From positions 1-64,000 of the IMG/VR virus record IMGVR_UViG_3300050821_002231: a stretch of DNA of 64,000 bases; one strand, 5' to 3'. A program made the translations under genes and the position numbers. Source of the stretch: a virus. Within the stretch, counting starts at the first letter, position 1, and the number at the start of each line of letters is the position of its first letter. The notes under the pieces were generated by a model. The model had not been told where the DNA came from and searched no databases. It saw only the letters and a program-made list of their open reading frames with translations. Shown here piece after piece: positions 21,580 through 31,819 of the stretch.

Positions 21580-22911
21580 GTCGCCTCTTGTACAGGTGAT
21601 TTGGTTAGGGCCGCGTTCGTGGTCACACACGAGCGCGTCCCGTTGTCCGCTTATATCCTCACCCGGACTGGAAGGCAACGAAAATTGAACGGATATTCAA
21701 ACTGATACATTGCCTAGAGACTCTTGTGCTTGCATTCCGAGAAGCATTCGAGAGACGCGCCCGCGAAAAACATCAGCTAGAGGCCGTAATCGTTCGCCAA
21801 CGGGGAGAACTAAAGAAGCGGCTTAAAGAGATCGATGGACTAAAAGAACGACTTGGCGAGTTGGGCGGCTCCGCTCCTGCTGGGAAAGAGGAATAAGAAA
21901 TGGCTGAGCAGGTAAAACTATCGAAGATGCAGAGGGTCCGTAAGCGAGAATTGCGCAGGGCTAGCGATGCCCTTCACGAACAGCTAAAGACCGCGAAGGC
22001 AGCGTTCGGTAATCGACACAGCGTATTCGGTTTGCGCGTGGCGATTATGATTATTGGGGAGCTACGGAAGACGATTGATACTGAAATAGAGGCCGGAGGC
22101 TAGCCATGGATAATCCTACCGATCCGATGAAGCCGAGCGTTACCTTGCTGGTTAAGCTGGGCAGCATTGCAGTCCATGCTGATGAACTGACAGATAATAC
22201 ACAAAACGCGGTTCGTGGGCACATGGAAGACGCGGCTACTATTAAGAATTTACTGTCTGATCCTGAAGTTTTTGCCTGGATGCATAAAATGCGCATGATG
22301 GCATTCCTTCCGGTGAAACGATGACTGACCCTACCCTGAAGAAACTGAAGGAGCTGGCGGCGTGTGAAGCACATACAACTTATCGTGGAGGAACTTGCTG
22401 CTACTGCAAAGCGAATATGAGGCGCATCGAGGCCGCTTACACCCTTGGCCTGTCGCAGGGATACGAGAAAGCGGCAAGGATTTGCGAAGCGGCGGAGAAT
22501 TGTTCGTCGGCAATGGTTAAATTGGCTGGATATGATTGTCATGTTCAGGATGCGGCGGCTATCAGGAAGGCAGTGAACAATGGCGACTGAACTGGAAAAA
22601 CTGGCAAAGGAAATGGTAGATGTGGGCTATTGCAATTACGCGGCTTGCCTGACATTTCTGCAACGCGCAAAAGCACTGGGCTATCAGGAGGAGCATCTCA
22701 AGCGGGAAGAAAAGGAAGCTCTGGTTTGCCCAGAAGGTGTAGGATTTGTGGAATACATCGGAGTTCTGAAAAAGCAAATCGAGCGTACGAGGGCTCTGGG
22801 ACACGAGGAAGCGGCGGAGGCGATTGAGAATGGCTCTTATGCGACGATTCCGGGTCGATATCGTAATGAAGCTGCGGCGGCGATTCGGGCGCTGTCCAAG
22901 GGTTCCGACTA

Positions 22912-24042
22912 ATGCTGAGAAGTTTTGAGTTGCGATTGAAGCCGAAGGCCGCACAGAGAGCGGCAATGGCAGTCATTCTAGCGGATTCCTGTGAGACGTA
23001 TAATGCTGCCTTGCAAGAACGCCGGGATGCATGGAAGTTGCAGCAAAAACACATTACCTACTTCGACCAATGCGCTGAATTAACGGAACTTCGCAAAGGC
23101 GAGTGTTTTACTGCGGTCGCCTTGGATATTCAGCGAGAACCGCTTCGTCGGGTGGAGCGCGCGTTCAAAGCTTTCTTCCGGCGAACGAGGGACGGACAGA
23201 CGCCTGGGTATCCGCGTTTTCGTTCATGTAGCCGATACGATTCTTTTGCATGGCACAAAGTGCGGTTTGCGGATGACGGATTGCGCGTGCCGAATCTGGG
23301 ATGCATCCGCTTTAAGGCTAATCGGATGCCGACAGGTATTACGAAGATGGCTACTATCGTTCGCGTCGGGGACAAGTGGATAGCTCGAATTGTCTGCGAC
23401 ATTGGCCCAGCGCCAGAAAAGCGCGTCGTAGGTATAGCTATTGGCATCGACGTGGGCTTAACTACGCTAGCCACGCTATCTGACGGCACGGAGATTGCGA
23501 ATCCTCGCTGGACGAAGCGACACGAAGATCGCGTTGCTGCCGCAAATCAGAGGTTAGCGCGAACCAACAGAAATTCCAACAACAGACGCCGAGCAATTGC
23601 AGCCCTGTCCAGCGCTCACCGATGCGCCATGAATGCTCGGAAAAACTATCTGCATCATGTATCCAAATGGCTTGTGTCGAACTATGATTTAATTGCGCAC
23701 GAGTCCCTAAGCATCAAAGGGATGTCACAAAGTCATTTCGCCAAATCAATCTTAGATGCCGCATGGGGAATCCTCATCTGGCAACTCACGTACAAAGCTG
23801 AAAAGGCTGGTGTTTGGGTTGTCCCGGTAAATCCACGCGGTACAAGTCAGAAGTGCTCCGGTTGCGGTGAAATTGTTGTCAAGAAGCTATCCCAGCGAAT
23901 GCATAACTGCCCGTACTGCGGCTTAGTTCTTGGACGAGATCACAACGCAGCCGTAAATGTTCTCGCGCTCGGGATGAGCGCTGCGGGGATAGCCCCTCAC
24001 AACGTGCATAGTCGCATGAGTCCCTTGTCCAAGGAGGGCTGA
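22912..24042 (+). CDS. tnpB: TnpB RNA-guided endonuclease (IS200/IS605 OrfB), no TnpA
   Basis: YN.AL.ER, GYPRFR, GIDVG (RuvC-I), HESL (II), CSGC..CPYC zinc finger, RDHNAA (III). Confidence 0.92.
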   Translation: MLRSFELRLKPKAAQRAAMAVILADSCETYNAALQERRDAWKLQQKHITYFDQCAELTELRKGECFTAVALDIQREPLRRVERAFKAFFRRTRDGQTPGYPRFRSCSRYDSFAWHKVRFADDGLRVPNLGCIRFKANRMPTGITKMATIVRVGDKWIARIVCDIGPAPEKRVVGIAIGIDVGLTTLATLSDGTEIANPRWTKRHEDRVAAANQRLARTNRNSNNRRRAIAALSSAHRCAMNARKNYLHHVSKWLVSNYDLIAHESLSIKGMSQSHFAKSILDAAWGILIWQLTYKAEKAGVWVVPVNPRGTSQKCSGCGEIVVKKLSQRMHNCPYCGLVLGRDHNAAVNVLALGMSAAGIAPHNVHSRMSPLSKEG

Positions 24043-25870
24043 GCGATCCGGCCTGAGCGTGGAACGGAAGGAGAGGGGAAAAGCATGGATATGCGAGACC
24101 CAGATCAATGCAGTGAGCGCATTCGCGACCTAGGAGGGATCGGCCATGAGCGCCATTGTAAGCGCAAGGCTACCGTGGAAACGAGAGGCAGAAAATATTG
24201 CCGCTGGCATGATCCTGAACAGGTAGAACGTAGACGAGCCGGAAAGGAGAAGCAACCGCAATGAGCGACACACGCGAACAATTTGCTAGCGATTTGCAAC
24301 TTATGAAGCATCGAGCGATGAACCTGGGCCTGTACGCGACCGGGCAGAGGCTCGACTACCCTATACGCATGGCTGGCTTCGAGATGGCAGGGAATACCGA
24401 GGCATGTCTGAAGTACGAAGCGTCTCTTTCCGAGGCCGAGCGATGAGCAAAGTGAAGTCCAGTGGGAAGGCGGAATGTCCCTACGTCGGCAAAATGATTG
24501 CTTCTATCGAACAAAGCTATGATGGCTGTCAGTTGCATGACACCATTATAACTTTCACGGACGGCACGTACCTGAGCTTAATGAACGTTATCCATCCCGA
24601 GGTAGAAGTACGATTCGTTTACGGCGAAAAGGATGATGAGCAGATGAAGTTAATGCTGCCTAGGATTCGATGACCACTCCCGTAAAGCGATGCCCCAACG
24701 TTTGGCTGTGTGAAGTCAAGACTCGCGTGCAACTATTGCCAAAGACTGCGAATCGATGGCGCTATGAATGGCTGCCGATTCTAGGAACTGCCGCTGAATC
24801 GCGTGAGATCGGGCGCGGCCATCTCGAAACGCAGCAGAAATGCTGGACGCATGTAAGGCTGAGAAAGTACGTGAGGAGCCGATGACGACTGAGACCGTAA
24901 AGCGATGCCCGAAGTGCGGCGGACAGGTAAAGTTGCTTGGCAGAAAGCCGCTGGGCTTAACCTTTCACGCAGATTGTGAACGTTGCAAAGATGTGTTTAC
25001 CGAGGCCGAGTTCAACGCCCTGCCTGAGTGGGGAGAAAAGGAGGTGCCAACTCAATGAACGCCATACCGCAACGCTGTACGTGCAACGACTTTTGGGATA
25101 GTTCGACTGTAAAGCCCCCATATCCTACGCATCAGCCAACGGTAGGTTCGACGCCGCAGCCATAGGTCATCCGTACTGGCTGGGCGATTCAAAGTCCGGG
25201 TGAAGAAAGAGGAGAATACGAATGAGTGAGTGGAAGTGGTTCGTAGTTCATAAGTCTGACAATGATTGTTGGATTGTATCGGAACCGTTCAACAACAACG
25301 GAGCGGCCTTCAACGAAGCGAAGAGGCTAGCGGCAACTTTTCCCGGTGTCGATTTCTTCGTTACGGAATCGACTCACATAGCTGTGTGCAACCCGGTAAC
25401 GTTCAGGTCGATCAATAAGTGAGTCCGGGTGAAGAAAGGAGCAAACGAGTTGCGTAAGTCACAAGAGTTAACCAATCCGAGCAGTTGCATGTCTCGGGCT
25501 AAGGATGACGAGATGACATTCGTCCTACTAGGCCGTGACGCGGCGGCTCCTGCAACAATTCGATGGTGGGCGCAAGAGCGTGTGCGTATGGGCAAGAACA
25601 CTTGGAAAGACGCGCAGATTATGGAGGCAATGCAGTGCGCGGCTACTATGGAGTTGGAGACGAAGAAGCGAAGGGTGAGTGATGCCTGGGTAATGGACCA
25701 GTTTCAATTTCCACAGGTCCACAGCGGGGCGACCTCAGCCCAGACCGGGCTAGTGTAGGATGGTGGGCCGTAGGCCACTCCCTTGGTTTCGCCACAAGCC
25801 AGTTCTGCGCTTATTGCCACCTCGTCGGGAAATACTTGGGGGTAGACGGCCTATAAGAAAGCCGAAGGCT

Positions 25871-26665
25871 ATGACCGTCTGCATCGCCGCAATCACTCTT
25901 AATAGTGAAATCGTGACCGTTTCAGACACGATGATACATGGCCTCATGTCGTCTGCCGATAAGATTGCGGTGAAGATGAACACCCTAGCTAAGGACTGGA
26001 GCGTGATGTGGGCAGCAGATGACATCACGCAATGTATCCCGATTATTCAGCGGGCGGAGAAATACTTTACGAACAGAGAGAACACATTACAAGTTGCGCG
26101 GTCCTGTCTGAGGCGTGCGTATCAACAGCATCTATCCGATTTCAGAGCAGACCACATATTGGGCGGGTTTGGTATGGATATGCGCATCTTCCTTAACACA
26201 AAAGCTAGTCGGTTTAGCGAGACAGAATCGGAAACCTTAATGTCTCGAATGGAACAAATAAGAGGCGACTGGGAATTTTTGGCGTTTGGGTTCGACGCTA
26301 AAAAGGAGCCGCATTTGTTCACCGTGCTTGAGCCGGGGGTAGATTGTACCTACGACAGTCCTGGATTTTGCTCGATTGGATCGGGCAAGTATGCGGCTGA
26401 CAGCTTGCTGTTCCAGCTTGAACAGAGTCGTGATTGCACATTAGAAAAGACGCTAGTCAATCTTTTGTTCGCGAAGTTTATGGCGGAAAAAGCCGGGGCT
26501 GGGAAACACACGTTCATATGGGCCGGAAAATACGGATCGACAATGTGCTCAATGTCGCCAGAACTGGAGCCGACAGCGAGGCACGTATGGGAGGATCAAG
26601 TCAGTCCCAAAGTTACAGATCAGATGGTGAATGAGATTTGCAAAAAACCGATAAGACTAACTTAG
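25871..26665 (+). CDS. Proteasome beta-subunit-like Ntn hydrolase (cargo)
   Basis: M-T-VCIAA start (Thr1 nucleophile), SD at about residue 17-18, Lys at about 33, SIGSG motif. Confidence 0.7.
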   Translation: MTVCIAAITLNSEIVTVSDTMIHGLMSSADKIAVKMNTLAKDWSVMWAADDITQCIPIIQRAEKYFTNRENTLQVARSCLRRAYQQHLSDFRADHILGGFGMDMRIFLNTKASRFSETESETLMSRMEQIRGDWEFLAFGFDAKKEPHLFTVLEPGVDCTYDSPGFCSIGSGKYAADSLLFQLEQSRDCTLEKTLVNLLFAKFMAEKAGAGKHTFIWAGKYGSTMCSMSPELEPTARHVWEDQVSPKVTDQMVNEICKKPIRLT

Positions 26666-27543
26666 TCGCCTAGCGCCTTGCGTATCATCTCGATGCCAAT
26701 CGTAGAAGCCTTAACAGTCGGTTTCGGCAGAATCGCGCACAGCTCCTCAACACTCCAAACATGGTCCGATAATCCGCTTTCCATTGCTGGCGTGACTTTC
26801 AACGTCTGGTGAATCCGGCAGAAGTTATAGAACATGTAGTGCAGAGCTACAGAGTGCGCGTGGTTTTCTACTTTTTTGCTGAAAGCATTTGTGAGGCGAG
26901 TAAAGCGGCGCATGTGCATCCGCATGGTCAAGTTTTGGCGCTCAACAAAACTGGTGCTCACATGCTTGGGGTCTGGGTCACCACTTACAACCTTCATGTC
27001 ACAGCCGATGCACTTCGCCGGGGAATAGCGCGTCTCGCCCTCACTCGAAGCGCCGTAAATCTTCTGCAATTGCGCGTAATCAATATCGGCACCAAAGGCA
27101 GTTTCAACGGCCTCTAGGTAAGAGCGATGTCCGTCCGTCGTGATCTGTACTCGATTGCTAATTCGGTTGGCGCAATCCAACATGAACTCTGTGGCCCATC
27201 CCGCATCCCGTCCGCCTACCAGATACGAAACGACTAACTTTGTGTCTGCGTCGATTCCTACCCAAGTCCAAACATCGCCCCAGCCCTCTTGCTTCTTTTC
27301 GACGCTGGCATTCTTTGCCTTCGCTCCAACGAACTGCCAAATCTCATCGGCCTGTAGGCGGCGCACTTTCAAGTTGCGGACGTAGCGGTCATGGTAGGCG
27401 GCGCACGCGGTTCCCAGATCGGCCAGCAGTTTAACGATTGTGGTCTTGGAAACTCCGGTCATGCGAACTGTGGCGCGAACGGAGCAGCCTTCGATCAAGC
27501 AGCTAACCACTTTGGCGCGGGTCGCATTGTCTAGGCAATTCAT
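26662..27543 (-). CDS. IS1-family DDE transposase
   Basis: QADEIW, ITTDG, STSFVERQN; paralog of 20450-21331. Confidence 0.9.
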   Translation of the reverse strand: MNCLDNATRAKVVSCLIEGCSVRATVRMTGVSKTTIVKLLADLGTACAAYHDRYVRNLKVRRLQADEIWQFVGAKAKNASVEKKQEGWGDVWTWVGIDADTKLVVSYLVGGRDAGWATEFMLDCANRISNRVQITTDGHRSYLEAVETAFGADIDYAQLQKIYGASSEGETRYSPAKCIGCDMKVVSGDPDPKHVSTSFVERQNLTMRMHMRRFTRLTNAFSKKVENHAHSVALHYMFYNFCRIHQTLKVTPAMESGLSDHVWSVEELCAILPKPTVKASTIGIEMIRKALGD

Positions 27544-27770
27544 ACTTACTCTTATACGACAGCCGCTTTAGCATGTCAACAAAATAGTGCGGGAAGGTGC
27601 ATAGAATCTGTGGATTTCTCACTTCTATGGAATAGAGTCGCGTCAATTGCGTTGAACTCCGTTAAAACGGGCTTCATGCCGACCACAACATATAGTGGTT
27701 TGACCAGCGCTTTACAAAATAAAAATATATTTCATGTCTTTTCATGGAGTTACGCGGAAAGGGCGCGAGA

Positions 27771-28238
27771 TCAGTCAGTCCACCATTCGTCATCCCGCCC
27801 CGTTTGAATCCCAACACCCCCAAGCGTCTGGCCCGCCTTGTCTATCGCCGGATGTCCGCGTTCGCAAGAAATACCGTGGAACATTGCCTGAGCGATTACG
27901 GAAATTGTTCTGGAGGACTGTATTGGGTAGGTTTCCACGACTGCATGGAATCGCAGTCGAGATTCGCAGCCTTCCGTGGCGCAGCGAGTTTCAATCCAAA
28001 CTACATCAACGTCGCTTGTCTCTGGTCCTTGGACCTGATTCCGAAATATCTCCCACTGGACATGTGGTGCGGTGTAGACGTACACATGCCCGCATCGCAG
28101 ACACAGAAAATTTCGAGTCCATCTGTCCGAAGGCCACCTGTTTTGAGATGTGGGTTTTCCTTCAAGGGTGGGAAGCGGGAGAGCGATACGCTCTTCGCAA
28201 TTCTGACACGCGAGAAATGGAAGCCGGGACTCAGGCAT
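27771..28238 (-). CDS. Cys-rich hypothetical cargo protein
   Basis: CxxC pairs; strand choice uncertain. Confidence 0.4.
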   Translation of the reverse strand: MPESRLPFLACQNCEERIALPLPTLEGKPTSQNRWPSDRWTRNFLCLRCGHVYVYTAPHVQWEIFRNQVQGPETSDVDVVWIETRCATEGCESRLRFHAVVETYPIQSSRTISVIAQAMFHGISCERGHPAIDKAGQTLGGVGIQTGRDDEWWTD

Positions 28239-28296
28239 AAAATACGGCCTGAATTATACTCTGCTGTGCGACAACTCCCGCCTTGCCAGAAGGGAA

Positions 28297-28764
28297 ATGA
28301 TGCCACGCCGCGCCCTTATCGCTTGTGCCGTTGCGTTCTCTGCTATCTGCTTAGGACAGAATCCAGGTTCGCTATCCCCGCAATTCAAGGCACAGGCGGC
28401 GCGGGCCTTCCACGCGATTCAGCGGCTTGACCCAGATGACCGGGAGTTCCAATCCCAGCCCGCGCACCGGGCGGTAAACGGCTTAGTTGACGCAATCAAG
28501 ACACCCACGGATAGGTATGTTTCCGATGTGCTACTTACTTGGCTGGCGGAAATGGAAGAGGGCAGAGTCGAAGCAAAGAACCATCCTGCTTCGTGGCGGC
28601 AATGGATGAAGGCTGAGGCTGAATGTGAGGCAGAGGCGGAGTTCTATTTCGGCGGACTCATAGAGGAAGCGAAGCCGCGAATCGCCGAGAAGATCGCGCA
28701 CAAGACGTGCCTTGATACGGCGAAGGAATTGAAACTGGTAGTCCCGCGCTCAAGTCCGAACTAA
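28297..28764 (+). CDS. Secreted hypothetical cargo protein
   Basis: Signal-peptide-like N-terminus. Confidence 0.55.
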   Translation: MMPRRALIACAVAFSAICLGQNPGSLSPQFKAQAARAFHAIQRLDPDDREFQSQPAHRAVNGLVDAIKTPTDRYVSDVLLTWLAEMEEGRVEAKNHPASWRQWMKAEAECEAEAEFYFGGLIEEAKPRIAEKIAHKTCLDTAKELKLVVPRSSPN

Positions 28765-29036
28765 CCCTTGGCCTTTTTCCATCGGGCTTTAGCCGCTTTA
28801 ACAGCGATCTTGGATCGCTCCGCTTTGGTCATGGTCTTGAGACGGCGCTTTCCGCCGATCTGACCGCCTTTGCGCCCGATGGCTGACATGTACTCAGAAA
28901 TGCTCTGAGGCGCGGCGCTTGTGGCAGGCTTGGGAACTTCCGGCTCTGGCGGGGGAATCTGTCCCGTGGAAACGGCAACCGTCCACGCGGCGAGTTGATT
29001 CGGGTCACGCGGACGTTTGCCCTTGCCGATGGTCAC
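28761..29036 (-). CDS. Small basic KRPRD/GRKGG accessory protein
   Basis: KRPRDPNQLA...IGRKGGQIGGK.R...R..IA..AA.ARW. Confidence 0.75.
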   Translation of the reverse strand: MTIGKGKRPRDPNQLAAWTVAVSTGQIPPPEPEVPKPATSAAPQSISEYMSAIGRKGGQIGGKRRLKTMTKAERSKIAVKAAKARWKKAKG

Positions 29037-29097
29037 GGAACCATCATGCCACGGAGTCATGGGTGACGGGAAGCCCTTTAGCGGATTCATATTTTCA

Positions 29098-29364
29098 TCA
29101 CGTCCGAGACGATTTGCTGTGAACGGGCTTCCATCGTTTGAGCATTCTGTAATTGCCAGTGCTCCAGTTCGCCAATTCAGGCATGACCATCACGCATGGC
29201 TCAATAGCGAAGGTGAGCGCGGTTTTGTCCTGAAAGCGTATGTCCACAACGTAGTAATCCGGGGAAGCCGATAGTTCCACGGCAGCAACGATCTTGCCTT
29301 TGGCTTGCGGAAACCTGAGAACTTCCCTTCTTCGACGGGAGCGGGTAACTTTATTGGCAGCCAT
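29098..29364 (-). CDS. MAANK accessory protein
   Basis: Homolog of 21328-21579 (FPQ.KGKI.A.VELS.SP.Y.VVDIRFQDKT.LT). Confidence 0.75.
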   Translation of the reverse strand: MAANKVTRSRRRREVLRFPQAKGKIVAAVELSASPDYYVVDIRFQDKTALTFAIEPCVMVMPELANWSTGNYRMLKRWKPVHSKSSRT

Positions 29365-29951
29365 GATCGCCTCTAGTACAGGTGATTTTGGTGAGGGGCG
29401 CGTTCGTGTTGATAGCACGGGCGCGTCCCGTTACCCTTATAACCTAGAAAGACTGCACTCTATGTGTGGAAATTGAAACTGGTCCATTACCATGTGTGGA
29501 AATTGAAACTGGTCCATTACCGTGGGTTGCGATTTGCGAACCACCATTTATCAGACTCAAGGAGAAACTGTTCCATGACTCATTCCGCGGGTACAGGTAT
29601 TTCGATATTCAACAATTCCGATCAAGTCCAGAAGCCCATATCGCTCTCTGAGTTGCAGAAGATCGTGAATCAGTTCGATAAGATGGAGTCAGTTGATGAT
29701 GTGCTATGGATGAGTAAGGCGACCTGCGAATCGTTGCTTGAGCAGATCGGCGCTAAACCATCCGAGCCGCTGATTCCTGGCGAAGAATATTTAACGCTGT
29801 ATGCTCTGGAAGGTGTTCAAATCCATCTTGATGAAAGTCTGCCGTTCCGAGCGGTGGAGAGCGGCACCTATCAAATGGACCCACGTGTTTCACTCGCGGC
29901 CCCGGCGCGATTCGCGTTAGCGAAGAAGATCGTGCGCCATCGCTACACGAT

Positions 29952-29995
29952 TTGACTAGACATTCCACTACTCTACTGTTAGGTTACTAGTGAAT
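29952..29995 (+). promoter_or_regulatory. parB promoter with inverted box (TACTAGTGAAT) downstream
   Basis: TTGACT-16-TACTGT; box at 29985-29995. Confidence 0.6.
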
Positions 29996-30014
29996 TAGGA
30001 AAAAGGAGAACGGC

Positions 30015-31712
30015 ATGGCAACAGCGGAAGTCATCGGCGAGTCGGTTTTTGAGATTCCCTTAGATCAAATCATCCCCTCCAAGAATAACCCACGCAAGAA
30101 CATTGACGAGGATTCACTGACGGAACTGGCGGCGAGTATCAACAAAGACGGTGTACTTTCGCCGATTCTGTTGCGACCGCTGGAGGGCAAGAACGAAATT
30201 GTTTGCGGCGAGCGAAGATTCCGCGCGTGCCTATTGCTGGAGCGCAGTACGATTCCAGCATTTATCCGCGACTTGACCGACGAACAGGCGGAAGAGGCTC
30301 AGATTGTTGAGAACTTGCAGCGCGCCGACCTCGACCCATTGGAAGAGGCCGAAGCATTTCGGCGGCTCATGGGCGAAGGAACGCCGGCCGACGTTGCGGC
30401 GAAGCTCGGCAAAGAGGAAGCCTATGTCGCAAAGCGGCTGAAACTCTTGCAGATGATCCCTGACGCACGAAAGGCGTTGCAATCTGGCAAGATCCAACTC
30501 GGTCACGCGCTGGAGATTTCGCGGCTGAGCCCCGAGGATCAAAAACGCACGTTGAAGTTTTGCCAAGGTGACGCACAAATCAGTACGGGCGACTCCTGGC
30601 AGGAAGTAAAGACCACGATCACAGTCGAATCGCTGCGGAAGTTCATCCAAGGTAGTTTGCTCGTTCAGCTCGCGAACGCTAACTTCGACATTACGGACCC
30701 GACTCTCAACGAAGAGATGGGCGCCTGTACGTCTTGTCCGCACAACACTGCGAACCAAGGGGCGTTGTTCGGAGACATCAAAGCCGCACGCTGTACGCTG
30801 CCGGAATGCTTTTTCGGAAAAGAGGCTACGGCGATTGAGCGGACGGTTGAAATTGTTGCGACCGAGACCGGCAGCAAGAAAGTATTCCGCCTTGGAATCG
30901 GGAGTGAGCACGCGAACCGCGGCATGAGCAAGAAGAAAGTGGACGGATACTACCAAGAGCACAGTCCAGCCATCGCGCTAGTCGAGAAGGGCAAGGAGTG
31001 CGAGTCGGCAACGCCAGCGGTTGTGGCTTTTGTTGATTTGAACGTGGATACGAAAGTTCCGATCGGAAAACAGTTGACGGTCTGTGTTGATGAGAAGTGT
31101 AAGGTCCATCACGGCTCAGCGTCGAAGCCTGGAGCGAAGAAACCGCTGAAGGGTTTGGCGAAAGTCGAACACAAGGCCGAAGCGCTGGCGGAGAATCTTG
31201 GGCAGCGAGTACGGGAAGAGGCGTTCAAGCAACTCGCGGACAAACTCCTGGCGCAAGCGAAGTTCGGCGGCAAGAAAGAATCGTTCGCTGCGCTGACGGT
31301 CTACGTTACTGCACATCTGTTCAATGATCGATTCCGCGACATGGGTAAGGCGCTCGGTCTTGAAAAGTCAGAGAAGAAAGATGAGTTCCGAGGCGCGGAT
31401 TGGGAAGGCGCAGTAACGAAATATTTCGAGAAGAACCCATCGGCGTTCATCCTAGCTATGGTCGCATCGGAAGGGATGTCGAACGATGAAAAAGATAACC
31501 CGCTCTACCGCATGGCCGCAGAGTACAAGGTTGACGTAAAGAAGATCGAGAAGGCCATCACATCGGAGGACAAGGCGGAACTCAAGGCGATGCGGGAACG
31601 AGCGGAAGCGAAAACGAAACCCAGAAAGGAGGCGAAGCCGAAGAAAGAGAAAAAGGCCAAAGCCGCAAAGAAGGCCAAGAAATCAGAAGCGGAACTGAAG
31701 GCGGGAAAGTAA
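30015..31712 (+). CDS. ParB/RepB/Spo0J family protein, long C-terminus with Cys motifs
   Basis: NPRK, LAASI...GVLSPILLR, IVCGERRFRA, ENLQRADL.PLEEA, HTH. Confidence 0.9.
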   Translation: MATAEVIGESVFEIPLDQIIPSKNNPRKNIDEDSLTELAASINKDGVLSPILLRPLEGKNEIVCGERRFRACLLLERSTIPAFIRDLTDEQAEEAQIVENLQRADLDPLEEAEAFRRLMGEGTPADVAAKLGKEEAYVAKRLKLLQMIPDARKALQSGKIQLGHALEISRLSPEDQKRTLKFCQGDAQISTGDSWQEVKTTITVESLRKFIQGSLLVQLANANFDITDPTLNEEMGACTSCPHNTANQGALFGDIKAARCTLPECFFGKEATAIERTVEIVATETGSKKVFRLGIGSEHANRGMSKKKVDGYYQEHSPAIALVEKGKECESATPAVVAFVDLNVDTKVPIGKQLTVCVDEKCKVHHGSASKPGAKKPLKGLAKVEHKAEALAENLGQRVREEAFKQLADKLLAQAKFGGKKESFAALTVYVTAHLFNDRFRDMGKALGLEKSEKKDEFRGADWEGAVTKYFEKNPSAFILAMVASEGMSNDEKDNPLYRMAAEYKVDVKKIEKAITSEDKAELKAMRERAEAKTKPRKEAKPKKEKKAKAAKKAKKSEAELKAGK

Positions 31713-31819
31713 GAAATTCGTCGGCTTTTAACTTGCACGCCAGACGGTTCTGTGCGATAAACGGATGAGCAATACAGACCAGCCTCGCACGGCCCGCTTG
31801 AACTAGACTGAAGGAACGT

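Larger units (their letters stand above)
17562..21714. mobile_element. IS1-family cargo element 1 (4153 bp)
   Basis: TIRs GGTAATGTATCAGTTTGAAT / ATTCAAACTGATACATTGCC; 8-bp TSD TAGAGACT at 17554-17561 and 21715-21722. Confidence 0.93.
17301..21896 (+). pseudogene. Phage gene split by IS1-like element 1
   Basis: Removing the element and one TSD joins ...NRDETVET (17561) in frame to LVLAFREAFERR...GKEE* (21723-21896). Confidence 0.85.
25689..29521. mobile_element. IS1-family cargo element 2 (about 3.8 kb) with tandemly doubled right end
   Basis: Left TIR GGTAATGGACCAGTTTCAATTTCCACA at 25689; its reverse complement lies within a 30-bp unit present twice (29462-29491, 29492-29521); no TSD found. 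Confidence 0.88.
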
